A DNA stretch of 64,000 bases, from NCBI GenBank assembly GCA_021162615.1, contig JAGGYH010000080.1, positions 34,899 to 98,898 on the forward strand, read 5' to 3'. Position 1 is the first letter of the stretch; each line of letters opens with the position of its first letter. The stretch is from Candidatus Aminicenantes bacterium (lineage in GTDB: Bacteria; Acidobacteriota; Aminicenantia; Aminicenantales; Aminicenantaceae). The position numbers and the translations under genes were made by a program. Shown in pieces: positions 18,730 to 27,640 of this stretch. The notes beneath the pieces were generated by a model, which saw nothing but the letters and a program-made list of their open reading frames with translations, made no database searches and was not told where the DNA came from.

Positions 18730-20118
18730 TTAAAGAGACCAACCTTTTCGGTATTCAGTATGAAGAAAATTGTTGGCTTCCGGAAGGTTTTTGAATTCCA
18801 TTTTCTTCCCGTCCCATTCCAGCTTGGTGTTTTTTGCCTTTGTGGCTACGGCTACATTTCCCAAAAGCATGACTTCAGTCAAAGTCCCGGAGTATGAAAA
18901 ATCCGTAGTGGATTTTTCGCCTTTTTTAATGGCTTCCACCCATTCCTCGTGGATGCCTGGAGAGCGCGGAATTGTTTTTTCCGGTCTTTTGTATTCCTGC
19001 ATCTTTGATTCCGGAATAATACGCGGATTGTTTCCATAAGTGCTATACATTAACATCCCTTTATCACCCACAAACAATCCTCCTCCTCCGGAGTCGCCCA
19101 TCATGCGGCCATCTTCCAGTTCAGCCGGCCTGGGAGGCATGATCCCTCCGTCATACCATTTGAGGGTTACAGGCGGCATTTTCCCCCTGGCCGGGAATTC
19201 ATAAGTCACCACCTCAGCAACAGGATAAGAGTCCTTGGTGAATTTGGTGGAACTGGCCTGAACAGATGTGGGATGTCCCAGCTTTAGGGCCCAAAAGGGG
19301 TGGTCCAGTATGTGAGCTCCCATATCTCCCAGAGCTCCTGTTCCAAAATCCCACCAGCCTCTCCAGCTAAAGGGATGATAAGCCGGATGATAGGGCCTGT
19401 ATGGAGCCGGTCCAAGCCAAATATCCCATGCCAATTCATCAGGCACAGGAGGCGTATCTTTGGGAGCCTCAATGCCCTGGGGCCATATGGGCCGGTTTGT
19501 CCAGCAGTGGACTTCCCTTACATCGCCTATGGCTCCGTCCCAGATCCATTCATTGATCAGACGGCCACCTTCTCCGGCATGACCCTGGTTGCCCATCTGG
19601 CTGACGATCCCTGCTTTTTTCGCAGCCTGAGCCAGCAGCCTCGCCTCTTTTACAGTGTGGGTCAAAGGCTTTTGAACAAAGACATGCTTGCCTCTTTTTA
19701 TGGCATTCATGGCGATCACAGCATGGTTGTGATCCGGGGTCGTAACCGTGACTGCATCTATGTTTTTCTCTTTATCCAGAAGCACCCGAAAATCTTGATA
19801 CTTATTCGCTTTCTCATACATAGCCTTCTGTTCGGGAGTGTTATGTTCCGAACCCAGGAATTTGGCCATTTCCCTGTCATCCACATCACACAACGCCACA
19901 ATATTTTCTGAACTCACGCTGCGGATATCAGAAGAGCCTTTTCCTCCGACCCCGATGCTTCCTATATTTAAGGTGTCACTGGGTGCTTTATACCCGGCTC
20001 CTCCCAGGACGTGACGGGGAATAATCATAAATCCAGCGGCAGTAGCCGCGCTTCGTCCTATAAATTCTCTTCTGGTTAAGGTTTTTTTTGATTCGCCTTT
20101 TTCTTTCTTGTTTTTCAT
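18730..20118 (-). CDS. Gfo/Idh/MocA family oxidoreductase, Tat-exported
   Basis: TRREFIGRSAATAAGFMIIP Tat motif, GSIGVGGKGSSD Rossmann motif, VQKPLT motif. Start trimmed to MKNKKEK (ATG at 20118, RBS AGAAGGGTG) from ORF-track 20154. Confidence 0.8.
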   Translation of the reverse strand: MKNKKEKGESKKTLTRREFIGRSAATAAGFMIIPRHVLGGAGYKAPSDTLNIGSIGVGGKGSSDIRSVSSENIVALCDVDDREMAKFLGSEHNTPEQKAMYEKANKYQDFRVLLDKEKNIDAVTVTTPDHNHAVIAMNAIKRGKHVFVQKPLTHTVKEARLLAQAAKKAGIVSQMGNQGHAGEGGRLINEWIWDGAIGDVREVHCWTNRPIWPQGIEAPKDTPPVPDELAWDIWLGPAPYRPYHPAYHPFSWRGWWDFGTGALGDMGAHILDHPFWALKLGHPTSVQASSTKFTKDSYPVAEVVTYEFPARGKMPPVTLKWYDGGIMPPRPAELEDGRMMGDSGGGGLFVGDKGMLMYSTYGNNPRIIPESKMQEYKRPEKTIPRSPGIHEEWVEAIKKGEKSTTDFSYSGTLTEVMLLGNVAVATKAKNTKLEWDGKKMEFKNLPEANNFLHTEYRKGWSL

Positions 20119-20171
20119 AATCACCCTTCTTTCATCTAAAGTTTGAAAAATCAAGTCTAATGATAACTATA

Positions 20172-20200
20172 ATATATATAGTTCTAAAAGCTCGAGTCAA
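20172..20200 (-). promoter_or_regulatory. Putative sigma70-type promoter for the Gfo/Idh/MocA gene
   Basis: On the minus strand: TTGACT, 17-nt spacer, ATATAT/TATAGT, about 45 nt upstream of RBS and start. Confidence 0.3.
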
Positions 20201-20247
20201 CAAAATAATCATATATATCACATGAAAGATCTGTTATAACTAGCCTG

Positions 20248-20961
20248 GATGATGAACGAGTCGAGGTTGCTGTGTTATTGCGAAGAACAAAGTGATGAAG
20301 CAATCTCATTGTGAAACGAAGCGTCATGAGATCACCACGCCGCTGCGCTCCTCGTGATGATAAGGGAGCTCAGGCCACGCCACCTTTTAACCTTGCGAAA
20401 TTCAGGTATGGCCTGTGCTCCCTTCAGATTTTTAACGCCATTCTTCTTCGTTTTTCTCGGCTCCTGCGTAACTCCCCCCGTCCGTGGGTCAGACATACTC
20501 GGAGCCCGGCTTAGCCGGGTTCCCTCAAAAAGCCTCATCCGAAGGCTAAATCTTCAATGTCGCCACGTCCACACCTGGTTTTCGTAAGGTTAACGTTTAT
20601 CCTATAAGATAAATAGTATTACGCACAATCCCAACTTTCAGTCAGGCTGGGTGGTTCTGAAGTCATCCGGAGGCGAGCGGGCATGGTTCCTCGCAGAGGG
20701 GAGCGAGCCGAGGAATAAGCTGATTTTACTCGCTGGGGAAAATCAGCGGGCTGAAGAACCAGCTTGCCTGATGAAAGCCGGGAGCACAGACCGCGCCTGA
20801 ATTTCACATCGGCTTGCCTCAAAAGTAAAAAAAAGACGATTAAAATGAAATACCTAACCAGGAAAAGAGCTGCTATCGTCATTCTTAATATAATCTTGCA
20901 TATCGCTGGAACAAAATGAATAATAAATACATCGCCATTTTATTATGAATAGGTCAGGCTA
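20248..20961. repeat. Copy 1 (longest, about 714 bp) of a mosaic non-coding intergenic repeat family (modules A-B-C-D-E plus an internal inverted copy of C/D)
   Basis: Shares a 5' module GATGAT..AGTCGAGGTTGCTG, an internal CAACTCCCCCCGTCC(A/G)TGGGT module, about 110 nt of near-identical sequence (GAGCGAGCCGAGGAATAAGCTGATTTTACTCGCTGGGGAAAATCAGCGGGCTGAAGAACCAGCTTGCCTGATGAAAGCCGGGAGCACAG) and a 3' terminus CATCGCCATTTTATTATGAATAGGTCAGGCT with copies at 33716-33977 and 44894-45254. No credible ORF. Confidence 0.8.
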
Positions 20962-20970
20962 AAGACAGGT

Positions 20971-21774
20971 ATGATGATTCTAAAAAGGAATGAAGCCGGG
21001 CTGGCTCTGGGCAGCGGTGCAGTCAGAGGCTATGCCATTTTCCCCATTATCAACAGAATAAAAAAAGAAGGCATCAACATAACAGCTGTGAGCGGTTCAA
21101 GCATCGGAGCCTTGATAGGAGCCTATTACGCTCTTCATGGAGAGGCCGACTCGCTCCTGAAACAGGCCGTAAAATTAAGGAAAAAGGACTGGTTAAGACT
21201 CGTTGACCCCAACAAACCAAATATTTCCCTCATCAAAGGAGAAAAAATAAAAAAATTTCTCTCAAACCATTATTATGGAGACGCAACCTTTAAAGACACC
21301 AAGGTCCCTCTGGTTGTATGCGCCACTGACCCGATTAAGAGAAAAAGCGTGTATCTCGACGGAGGGAAAATCATTGATGCGGTCATGGCATCCATATCCA
21401 TCCCCGGGATTTTCCCTCCTTATAAGATCAATAACCGGTTGTTAAATGACGGCGGGATCCTGGACCCTGTCCCGGTCAAACCTCTCAGAGATATGGGGAT
21501 AAAGAAAATCGTGGGCATAAACCTTATGGGATATATAGAGCCGAATCCGGATAAGGATATGGACCTCATCTCTTCCCTTTTGAACACATCCTATATGATG
21601 ATGGAGCAGATCTCAAAAAGAGAGGGAAATAAAAATCTCTTTATACTCGAGCCGAAATTCACTCCAGACCCTCCCCATATGCTTTCCTTCTATAAATGGA
21701 AGGACAAGCATAAAATCGGCCGGCAACTTATAGATAAGAAGATAAACGAATTAACAGCCTGGCTTAAAAAGTAA
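20971..21774 (+). CDS. Patatin-like phospholipase
   Basis: Oxyanion GSGAVRG, nucleophile elbow GSSIG, and catalytic Asp in LNDGGILD. Confidence 0.8.
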   Translation: MMILKRNEAGLALGSGAVRGYAIFPIINRIKKEGINITAVSGSSIGALIGAYYALHGEADSLLKQAVKLRKKDWLRLVDPNKPNISLIKGEKIKKFLSNHYYGDATFKDTKVPLVVCATDPIKRKSVYLDGGKIIDAVMASISIPGIFPPYKINNRLLNDGGILDPVPVKPLRDMGIKKIVGINLMGYIEPNPDKDMDLISSLLNTSYMMMEQISKREGNKNLFILEPKFTPDPPHMLSFYKWKDKHKIGRQLIDKKINELTAWLKK

Positions 21775-21787
21775 AAAGGAGGTCAGG

Positions 21788-23884
21788 TTAATTAAGCCCT
21801 CTCTTCTCCAGCAGATACTTGACATCAGGCTCTTTTCCTCTGAAGTTCATGTACAGCAGCATGGGATCCTGGGTCCCGCCTTTTTCAAGAACATTGGTTC
21901 TAAAAGAAAGCGCTGTTTCCTTATCAAAAAGGCTGGTCTCCTTAAAGGCATGAAAAGCATCGCAGTCAAGGACTTCTGACCAGATATAGCTGTAATACCC
22001 GGATGCATATCCTCCTGAAAAGATATGCTGGAAATAAGGAGTCCTGTAGCGCACTACGATCTCTGGAATCATTCCGATCTTCTCCATGGACTTGTTTTCA
22101 AATTCCAAAGCATCGTATTCCGCAGGCTCGGACAAAATGTGCCAATCCATATCCAGCAGCGAAGCAGCGACATATTCCACAGTGACAAATCCCTGGTTGA
22201 AATGTCCGGCTTTTTCAATCTTATCAATTAATTCCTGCGGAATCGGCTCTCCGGTCTCATAGTGTTTGGCGTAGATTTTCAGCACATCCGGTTCCGCTGC
22301 CCAGTGCTCCATGATCTGAGAAGGAAGCTCTACAAAATCCCTGGGAACAGAAGTACCGGAAAGTCTCGGATAGGTGCAGTCAGAAAGCAGCCCATGGAGC
22401 GCATGCCCGAATTCGTGGAAGAGGGTTGTGGCCTCATCAAATGTCAGAAGCGTGGGGCTTTCGCCGCTGGGCTTGGTGAGATTCAAATTGTTTGTCACAA
22501 TAGGAGTGGTCTCTTTTCCTTCCAGCCTGTACTGCTTCCGAAAACTGTTCATCCATGCCCCGCCTCTCTTGGAAGCTCTGGAATAATAATCGGCAAAAAA
22601 GATCCCGATATGGGAGCCGTCTTTTTCTTTGACTTCAAATACTTTTACATCGGGGTGGTATTTTGGCAAGTCCGTCCTTTCAACAAACTGAATGCCATAA
22701 AGCTGATTGGCTACGTAAAAGGCTCCTTCTCTCACATTGTTCAGTTCAAAATAGGGCTTGATCATCTCATCAGAAAGGTCGTATTTTTTCTTTTTTAATT
22801 TTTCTGTATAATACCACCAATCCCAGGGCTCGAGTTTAAAATCTTTGCCTTCCTCACGTATCAATTTCTGGAGCTCGCTTCTTTCCTGTTTTGCTTTTTC
22901 CAGAGCAGGTTCCCATATTTTGAACAGCAGGTCATATACATTCTCCGGCTTCTTGGCCATGTTTTCTTCCAACACATAATGCGCATGCGTTTCATATCCG
23001 AGAATATGAGCCCTTTTCGCCCGAAGATATGCGATTCTGGATGCGATCTCCTTGTTGTCCAATTCATCGTCGTGGTTGCCTTTGTTTATATAAGCTTTGA
23101 AAATCTCTTCTCTCAAGCCCCTCTTTTCTGAATAGGTCAAAAACGGAGTGATGCTTGACCGGTGAAGAGTAAAGACCCATTTCCCGTCATGACCTCTGTC
23201 TTTGGCTGCTTTGGCTGCTCCATCGATCACAGATTGGGGAAGGCCGGCAAGGTCTTCCTCGCTTTCTACAACCAATTCATAACGGTTGTTTTCCTTCAGC
23301 ACGTGCTGGCCGAACTTCATAGTGAGATTCGAGAGTTCTTCATTGATTTTCCTTAATTCAGCTTTGTCTTCCTCGCTCAGATTGGCACCGCCCCGAACAA
23401 AATCCAGATAGTATTTTTCAAGAAGAGTGGCCTGTTCCTCTGTCAAATCAAGCTCCGCTCTCTGGTCATGAACTGTTTTGATGCGTTGGAAAAGCGCCTC
23501 ATTAAAAAGCATGTCATCCCTGTGATTGGATAAAAGAGGCGTGACCTGCTCGTCGATTTTCTGCATCTCATCATCTGTCATGGATCCGTTCAATACATTG
23601 AAGACACTGGACACTTTCCTCAGAAGAGCCCCGCTTTCTTCCAGAGCTTCTATGGTGTTTTCAAACGTGGGTTCGCTCTGGTCGGCGACAATTTTCTCAA
23701 TATCTCCTTTTTGCTGTTCGATACCCTTACGAAAAGCAGGAAGGTAATGCTCCTTGCTGATCTGGTCAAACCGAGGGACCTCAAATTCAGTCTTCCACTC
23801 ACTAAAAAATGGATTCTTTTCCTGTTTGGTGCAGGTGACCGCACAGAGACAAGCGATTATGACCATAATAAACACCTTCTTCAT
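21788..23884 (-). CDS. M3 family metallopeptidase (peptidyl-dipeptidase Dcp / oligopeptidase A-like), secreted
   Basis: HEFGHALH zinc motif, about 700 aa M3 architecture, signal peptide. Confidence 0.8.
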   Translation of the reverse strand: MKKVFIMVIIACLCAVTCTKQEKNPFFSEWKTEFEVPRFDQISKEHYLPAFRKGIEQQKGDIEKIVADQSEPTFENTIEALEESGALLRKVSSVFNVLNGSMTDDEMQKIDEQVTPLLSNHRDDMLFNEALFQRIKTVHDQRAELDLTEEQATLLEKYYLDFVRGGANLSEEDKAELRKINEELSNLTMKFGQHVLKENNRYELVVESEEDLAGLPQSVIDGAAKAAKDRGHDGKWVFTLHRSSITPFLTYSEKRGLREEIFKAYINKGNHDDELDNKEIASRIAYLRAKRAHILGYETHAHYVLEENMAKKPENVYDLLFKIWEPALEKAKQERSELQKLIREEGKDFKLEPWDWWYYTEKLKKKKYDLSDEMIKPYFELNNVREGAFYVANQLYGIQFVERTDLPKYHPDVKVFEVKEKDGSHIGIFFADYYSRASKRGGAWMNSFRKQYRLEGKETTPIVTNNLNLTKPSGESPTLLTFDEATTLFHEFGHALHGLLSDCTYPRLSGTSVPRDFVELPSQIMEHWAAEPDVLKIYAKHYETGEPIPQELIDKIEKAGHFNQGFVTVEYVAASLLDMDWHILSEPAEYDALEFENKSMEKIGMIPEIVVRYRTPYFQHIFSGGYASGYYSYIWSEVLDCDAFHAFKETSLFDKETALSFRTNVLEKGGTQDPMLLYMNFRGKEPDVKYLLEKRGLN

Positions 23885-23969
23885 TTTTTTACTCCTTTAT
23901 AAAATTAGGGGGAAATTCCGTATAACCATCAGATTCATTATATTTATTTCAATTTTTTTTATCAATGCC

Positions 23970-26162
23970 TTATTTGTTTTCTTTTGAATCCCTCATTTCC
24001 TTTATATAATCCAAAATCTGCTCTCTTTGATACTCATCCTCAATGAACACCAACGCCCTCTCCAGCAAAGACATCACTTCATCTCCTGAAAGCCCGTTGC
24101 AAAGAGGTTCGGGCAGGGCGATTTGAGCCATCACACCTGCCGCCTGTTCTCTCAGCTCCTCATTTTCCAGAAAAAAAGCCGCCTCTTTCATAGAACAAAG
24201 CGTCTTTATCTCTCCCAGACCTGAAAGAAAAAGTCTTTTCTCTTCGACCTCCTGCGGTATGCCTTTGACCCTGTGCATCATGGCTGATTTTTCCTCACCA
24301 TCCAGTTCTGATCCGGTTACAATGCGGATATAAGACCTTAACGCCAGATATCTGTATTTTTTATCAGAAGTTTCCCTGCATGCGGCGAGCAGTTCATCTG
24401 ATGCTTCAAGTCCTTTCCACTGAACCAGAGCAGAGAAGGCTTCCAGGCTCACTTTCGGGTTTTTACTCTGCCGCGCCTCTAAAACAGCGTCCAGGGCTTT
24501 TATACCTCCGATTTCCGAGAGCGGCCTGAGAAAGAGAAGCTTTTTCTCGCCCTCTGCTTCAGCCAACGCGCTTATGACCTTATCAGCCCGCATCTCCGGA
24601 GTCTCAATGAAACCACAGGCAGATTGCAGCGCCTTTTGGAGCCAAAGTATCTCTTTTTTATCAGCCGCCTGCCCCAGAAGATCAATGAGCATTGAAATAT
24701 CGTCTTCATCCACAATGCTCTCCAGGCTCAAAAGAGCGGTCTTTCTCAGATCCTCATCTCCGGTCTCAATCTGAGAAACAACCAAATCAACACAGTCAAA
24801 AGCACGCTTCTCGGAAATCACCTCCATAAGAGCCATGCGGGCCTTCACAGGCATTTCTTTAAACCTTGTTTTTATCTCCGGAATCACAGCCTCTGCCTTA
24901 AAACCAAGAAGCGCCTTTTTGACAAGCTGTATCTCCTCCTCTTTACCAGAGCGCAGAAGTCCGAATAAATCTGTAACTGCCTTTTGCCCTTCACCAGCAC
25001 ACAGCGGCATCACAGCCGCCATCCTAATGACATGGCTTTCGCTGTGAAGTTTTTTCCGAAAAAAAGGAGCCAAAGATTTATCATCTGTTTTCCCGAGCAT
25101 GGTCAGGATTTCGGCCTGTACTTCAGGAGACACTTCCTTTGTTTTCTGTATCCATTTCTCCCTCATTCCAGCACTGTAAAGGCCCAAGGACAGTTCAAGA
25201 GCCTTTCGACGCAGTTCCATATTCTGGCTTCCCGCAGCTTCCAGAAGGTCACCCCTGGCCTCTTCCCCGGCAATGCTCACAAGCAGATCCAGAGCAGAAC
25301 ACGAAATCTGGCTTTCATCCTCTGCTGTATAACCGGCTATCATATCCCTGCAAATATTCATGCTTATCTCTTTATAACCAGCCTCTGCGAGGCGGCTTAC
25401 ATAAAGAAGATAAACAAGGGGAGCTCTTTTCCTTTCATATACGGATGATCTGAGCCTTGCCTTCCCCATCAAATCCATACAGGAAGGATCTCCTGTATTT
25501 GCCAGGGCAAATAAAGATACTCTTCGGAGATCGCTGTCCTGGCTTGAAACATAAGGCCTGATTTTCTTAACAGCTTTTCTGCTGCGAAGCTCACCCAGAG
25601 CTTTGATCACCGTGACAAGCCGATCACCGGAAGCCGTATCCAGGGATTTAATGAAAGCCTTTTCCGCTCTTTCTGTTCCTATTGAAAGCAGGACTCTGGC
25701 CGCAGGTTCACACAGTGTCCTGTCTGTCAAATACCGGGCGACCGGTTTCACTGCCTCTCTTTTTCCGATGAGCTGAAGCTGACTGAGGATAAATCCCTTT
25801 GTGTTCTTGTCTTTCAAAAATTTTAAAGATCTGATAAAGGCCTTGGAAGCCAAAAACCGGTCATCCTCTCTCAAAAATCTTGCTGTTGAGACCGCCAAGC
25901 CGTGAACCGCATATTCAGCGCTTGTTCTTTTTGCTTCTTCATCGCTCTCAAGCATCAAACACAGATCGACAATTCCGTCTCTGCCGAGTCCCAAGATCTC
26001 AGAAGCCAATTCTTCCATATCAGCGGAACTCTCAGCAGGAAATTCAGCAAGTATATTGATGATATCTTCGGGGGATGCTTTTTTAAGCACCGATCCATAG
26101 ACAGAGGCGGTCATAAAAAAGAGAGTCGTGACAACAGCTAATGTTCTTGTCCCTTTTCTCAT
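23970..26162 (-). CDS. Secreted HEAT-repeat protein (paralogue of 5398-7377)
   Basis: Signal peptide. Repeated A..ALG.IG..A...L units (for example ALANTGDPSCMDLM). No CxxCH. Confidence 0.6.
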   Translation of the reverse strand: MRKGTRTLAVVTTLFFMTASVYGSVLKKASPEDIINILAEFPAESSADMEELASEILGLGRDGIVDLCLMLESDEEAKRTSAEYAVHGLAVSTARFLREDDRFLASKAFIRSLKFLKDKNTKGFILSQLQLIGKREAVKPVARYLTDRTLCEPAARVLLSIGTERAEKAFIKSLDTASGDRLVTVIKALGELRSRKAVKKIRPYVSSQDSDLRRVSLFALANTGDPSCMDLMGKARLRSSVYERKRAPLVYLLYVSRLAEAGYKEISMNICRDMIAGYTAEDESQISCSALDLLVSIAGEEARGDLLEAAGSQNMELRRKALELSLGLYSAGMREKWIQKTKEVSPEVQAEILTMLGKTDDKSLAPFFRKKLHSESHVIRMAAVMPLCAGEGQKAVTDLFGLLRSGKEEEIQLVKKALLGFKAEAVIPEIKTRFKEMPVKARMALMEVISEKRAFDCVDLVVSQIETGDEDLRKTALLSLESIVDEDDISMLIDLLGQAADKKEILWLQKALQSACGFIETPEMRADKVISALAEAEGEKKLLFLRPLSEIGGIKALDAVLEARQSKNPKVSLEAFSALVQWKGLEASDELLAACRETSDKKYRYLALRSYIRIVTGSELDGEEKSAMMHRVKGIPQEVEEKRLFLSGLGEIKTLCSMKEAAFFLENEELREQAAGVMAQIALPEPLCNGLSGDEVMSLLERALVFIEDEYQREQILDYIKEMRDSKENK

Positions 26163-26191
26163 CTATACATCTCCAGATGGAATGAGAGGCG

Positions 26192-27466
26192 CTACATATG
26201 CCATGGCGCCCTCATTGGCTGATGGAGAAGCCTGTCGGCCTGCGGGTCTCCGATAAAACACTGCTTATCAGGGTCAAACCTCAGAGGCCTTCCTAAACGC
26301 ACGGCTATCTTGCTGAGATTTACGATAGTGCATGACCGGTGCCCGTTTTCCTCGTTCAAAGCAAATTTTTTTCTCTTCCTGACAGCGTTCGAAAAATCAG
26401 TTTCCTGCTGCGCAGGATCAGGAAGCCGGGCTAATCTTTGTTTGAAATCCAATATATCTGATCGGATTCCTCTGAATATCTTTCCTTCAGGCCCTTCAAT
26501 AAAAGGCACTTTTTTATCCCTGTTCTCTCCATCCAGGATGATCTTACACCCATCCGCATATTTCAGCTCGATCCTCCTCCATGTGAGGCAGGCATCAGGA
26601 TGCTGCTGAGAGCAGTCAGCCTCTATTTCAACGGGGCTGGTCCCGTCTTTTTCCAGAATGTACTGCACCGGGTCAAGGTAATGCATCCCCATATCTCCAA
26701 GTCCTCCTCCGTCATAATCCCAGTAACCCCGGAAAGTGGTATGGACCCGGTGAGGGTGATAAGGCTTCAAAGGAGCAGGCCCGAGCCAGAAGTTGTAATC
26801 AAGCTCCTTTGGTACGCGCTGAGGCTTTAAATCTGTCCTGCCCTTCCAGTAAAACTTCCAATCAAAACCTGTGACTCCGCTCACCGTCACTTTCAAAGGC
26901 CATCCCAACATCCTGTTCATCACTGCTTTTTTAATGGGCTGCACAGTAGACCCCAATTTATAAAAAGGATCACTGAATCTGAACCAGGTGTTCACCCTAA
27001 AGATCCGCCCGTTCTTCTGAACAGCCCGGACGACTTTTTTCCCTTCCTCTATGGTGCGGGTCATAGGTTTTTCACACCAGATGTCTTTTCCTGCTTCAGC
27101 AGCGGTTTTAGATATAATGCCATGCCAATGGGGAGGTGTGGCTATATGAACGATATCTATATCGCTTCTTTCCAGTACTTCACGAAAATCCTTATAACCC
27201 TTAACATCCGGCCCAGCCATCTCTAAAGCAAGTTTCAGGTGTTTCTCATCCACATCACAGACAGCCATCAACCTCGCTCCGGGGTAATGCAAATGGACTC
27301 TTCCCATACCTCCCACGCCTATGACAGCTTTGGTCAGCTGATCACTTGGGGAAGTGAATCCCTTACCACCCAAAACAGCCCTGGGAACGATGACAGCAGC
27401 TGCCGCAGCCTGGATCCCTTTTTTTATAAAAATTCTGCGGCTGACGGATCTGTCTCTGTCTGACAT
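26192..27466 (-). CDS. Gfo/Idh/MocA family oxidoreductase, Tat-exported
   Basis: VSRRIFIKKGIQAAAAAVIVP Tat motif, IGVGGMGRVH Rossmann motif, CEKPMT motif. Confidence 0.8.
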   Translation of the reverse strand: MSDRDRSVSRRIFIKKGIQAAAAAVIVPRAVLGGKGFTSPSDQLTKAVIGVGGMGRVHLHYPGARLMAVCDVDEKHLKLALEMAGPDVKGYKDFREVLERSDIDIVHIATPPHWHGIISKTAAEAGKDIWCEKPMTRTIEEGKKVVRAVQKNGRIFRVNTWFRFSDPFYKLGSTVQPIKKAVMNRMLGWPLKVTVSGVTGFDWKFYWKGRTDLKPQRVPKELDYNFWLGPAPLKPYHPHRVHTTFRGYWDYDGGGLGDMGMHYLDPVQYILEKDGTSPVEIEADCSQQHPDACLTWRRIELKYADGCKIILDGENRDKKVPFIEGPEGKIFRGIRSDILDFKQRLARLPDPAQQETDFSNAVRKRKKFALNEENGHRSCTIVNLSKIAVRLGRPLRFDPDKQCFIGDPQADRLLHQPMRAPWHM

Positions 27467-27640
27467 TTTTTCTCCGGATGGTTATCCAAGACCAATTTTA
27501 CTGTAAAGACAAAAAAAATCAATGATTGAATTTGAGTAAAAAGCATTTCATGAGAGGTTCTGCGTTTATGACCTTGAATTGATTGTGAAAAAAAAATAAT
27601 ATGAGAAGGCTAATCATTTCAAATCCATAAGGAGCGTTAA

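Noticed and set aside
20461-20530. Resemblance of CCCCCCGTCC / GAGCCCGGCTTAGCCGGGTTCCC to tmRNA or RNase P 3' regions
   Set aside because: No T-arm/acceptor pairing and no conserved RNase P CR-I/CR-V blocks. The three copies are too divergent in their middles for a housekeeping RNA.
20740-20800. CUGAUGA...GAAA-like string in the shared module (possible hammerhead ribozyme core)
   Set aside because: No stem II follows CUGAUGA and no correctly placed GAAA and stem III/cleavage site could be built. Likely coincidence.
20311-20882. Small ORFs (20311-20514+, 20332-20538-, 20354-20587+, 20619-20882-) lying inside repeat copy 1
   Set aside because: They overlap each other on both strands, run through modules conserved at the nucleotide level between non-coding copies, and have no RBS or domain. 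Treated as spurious.
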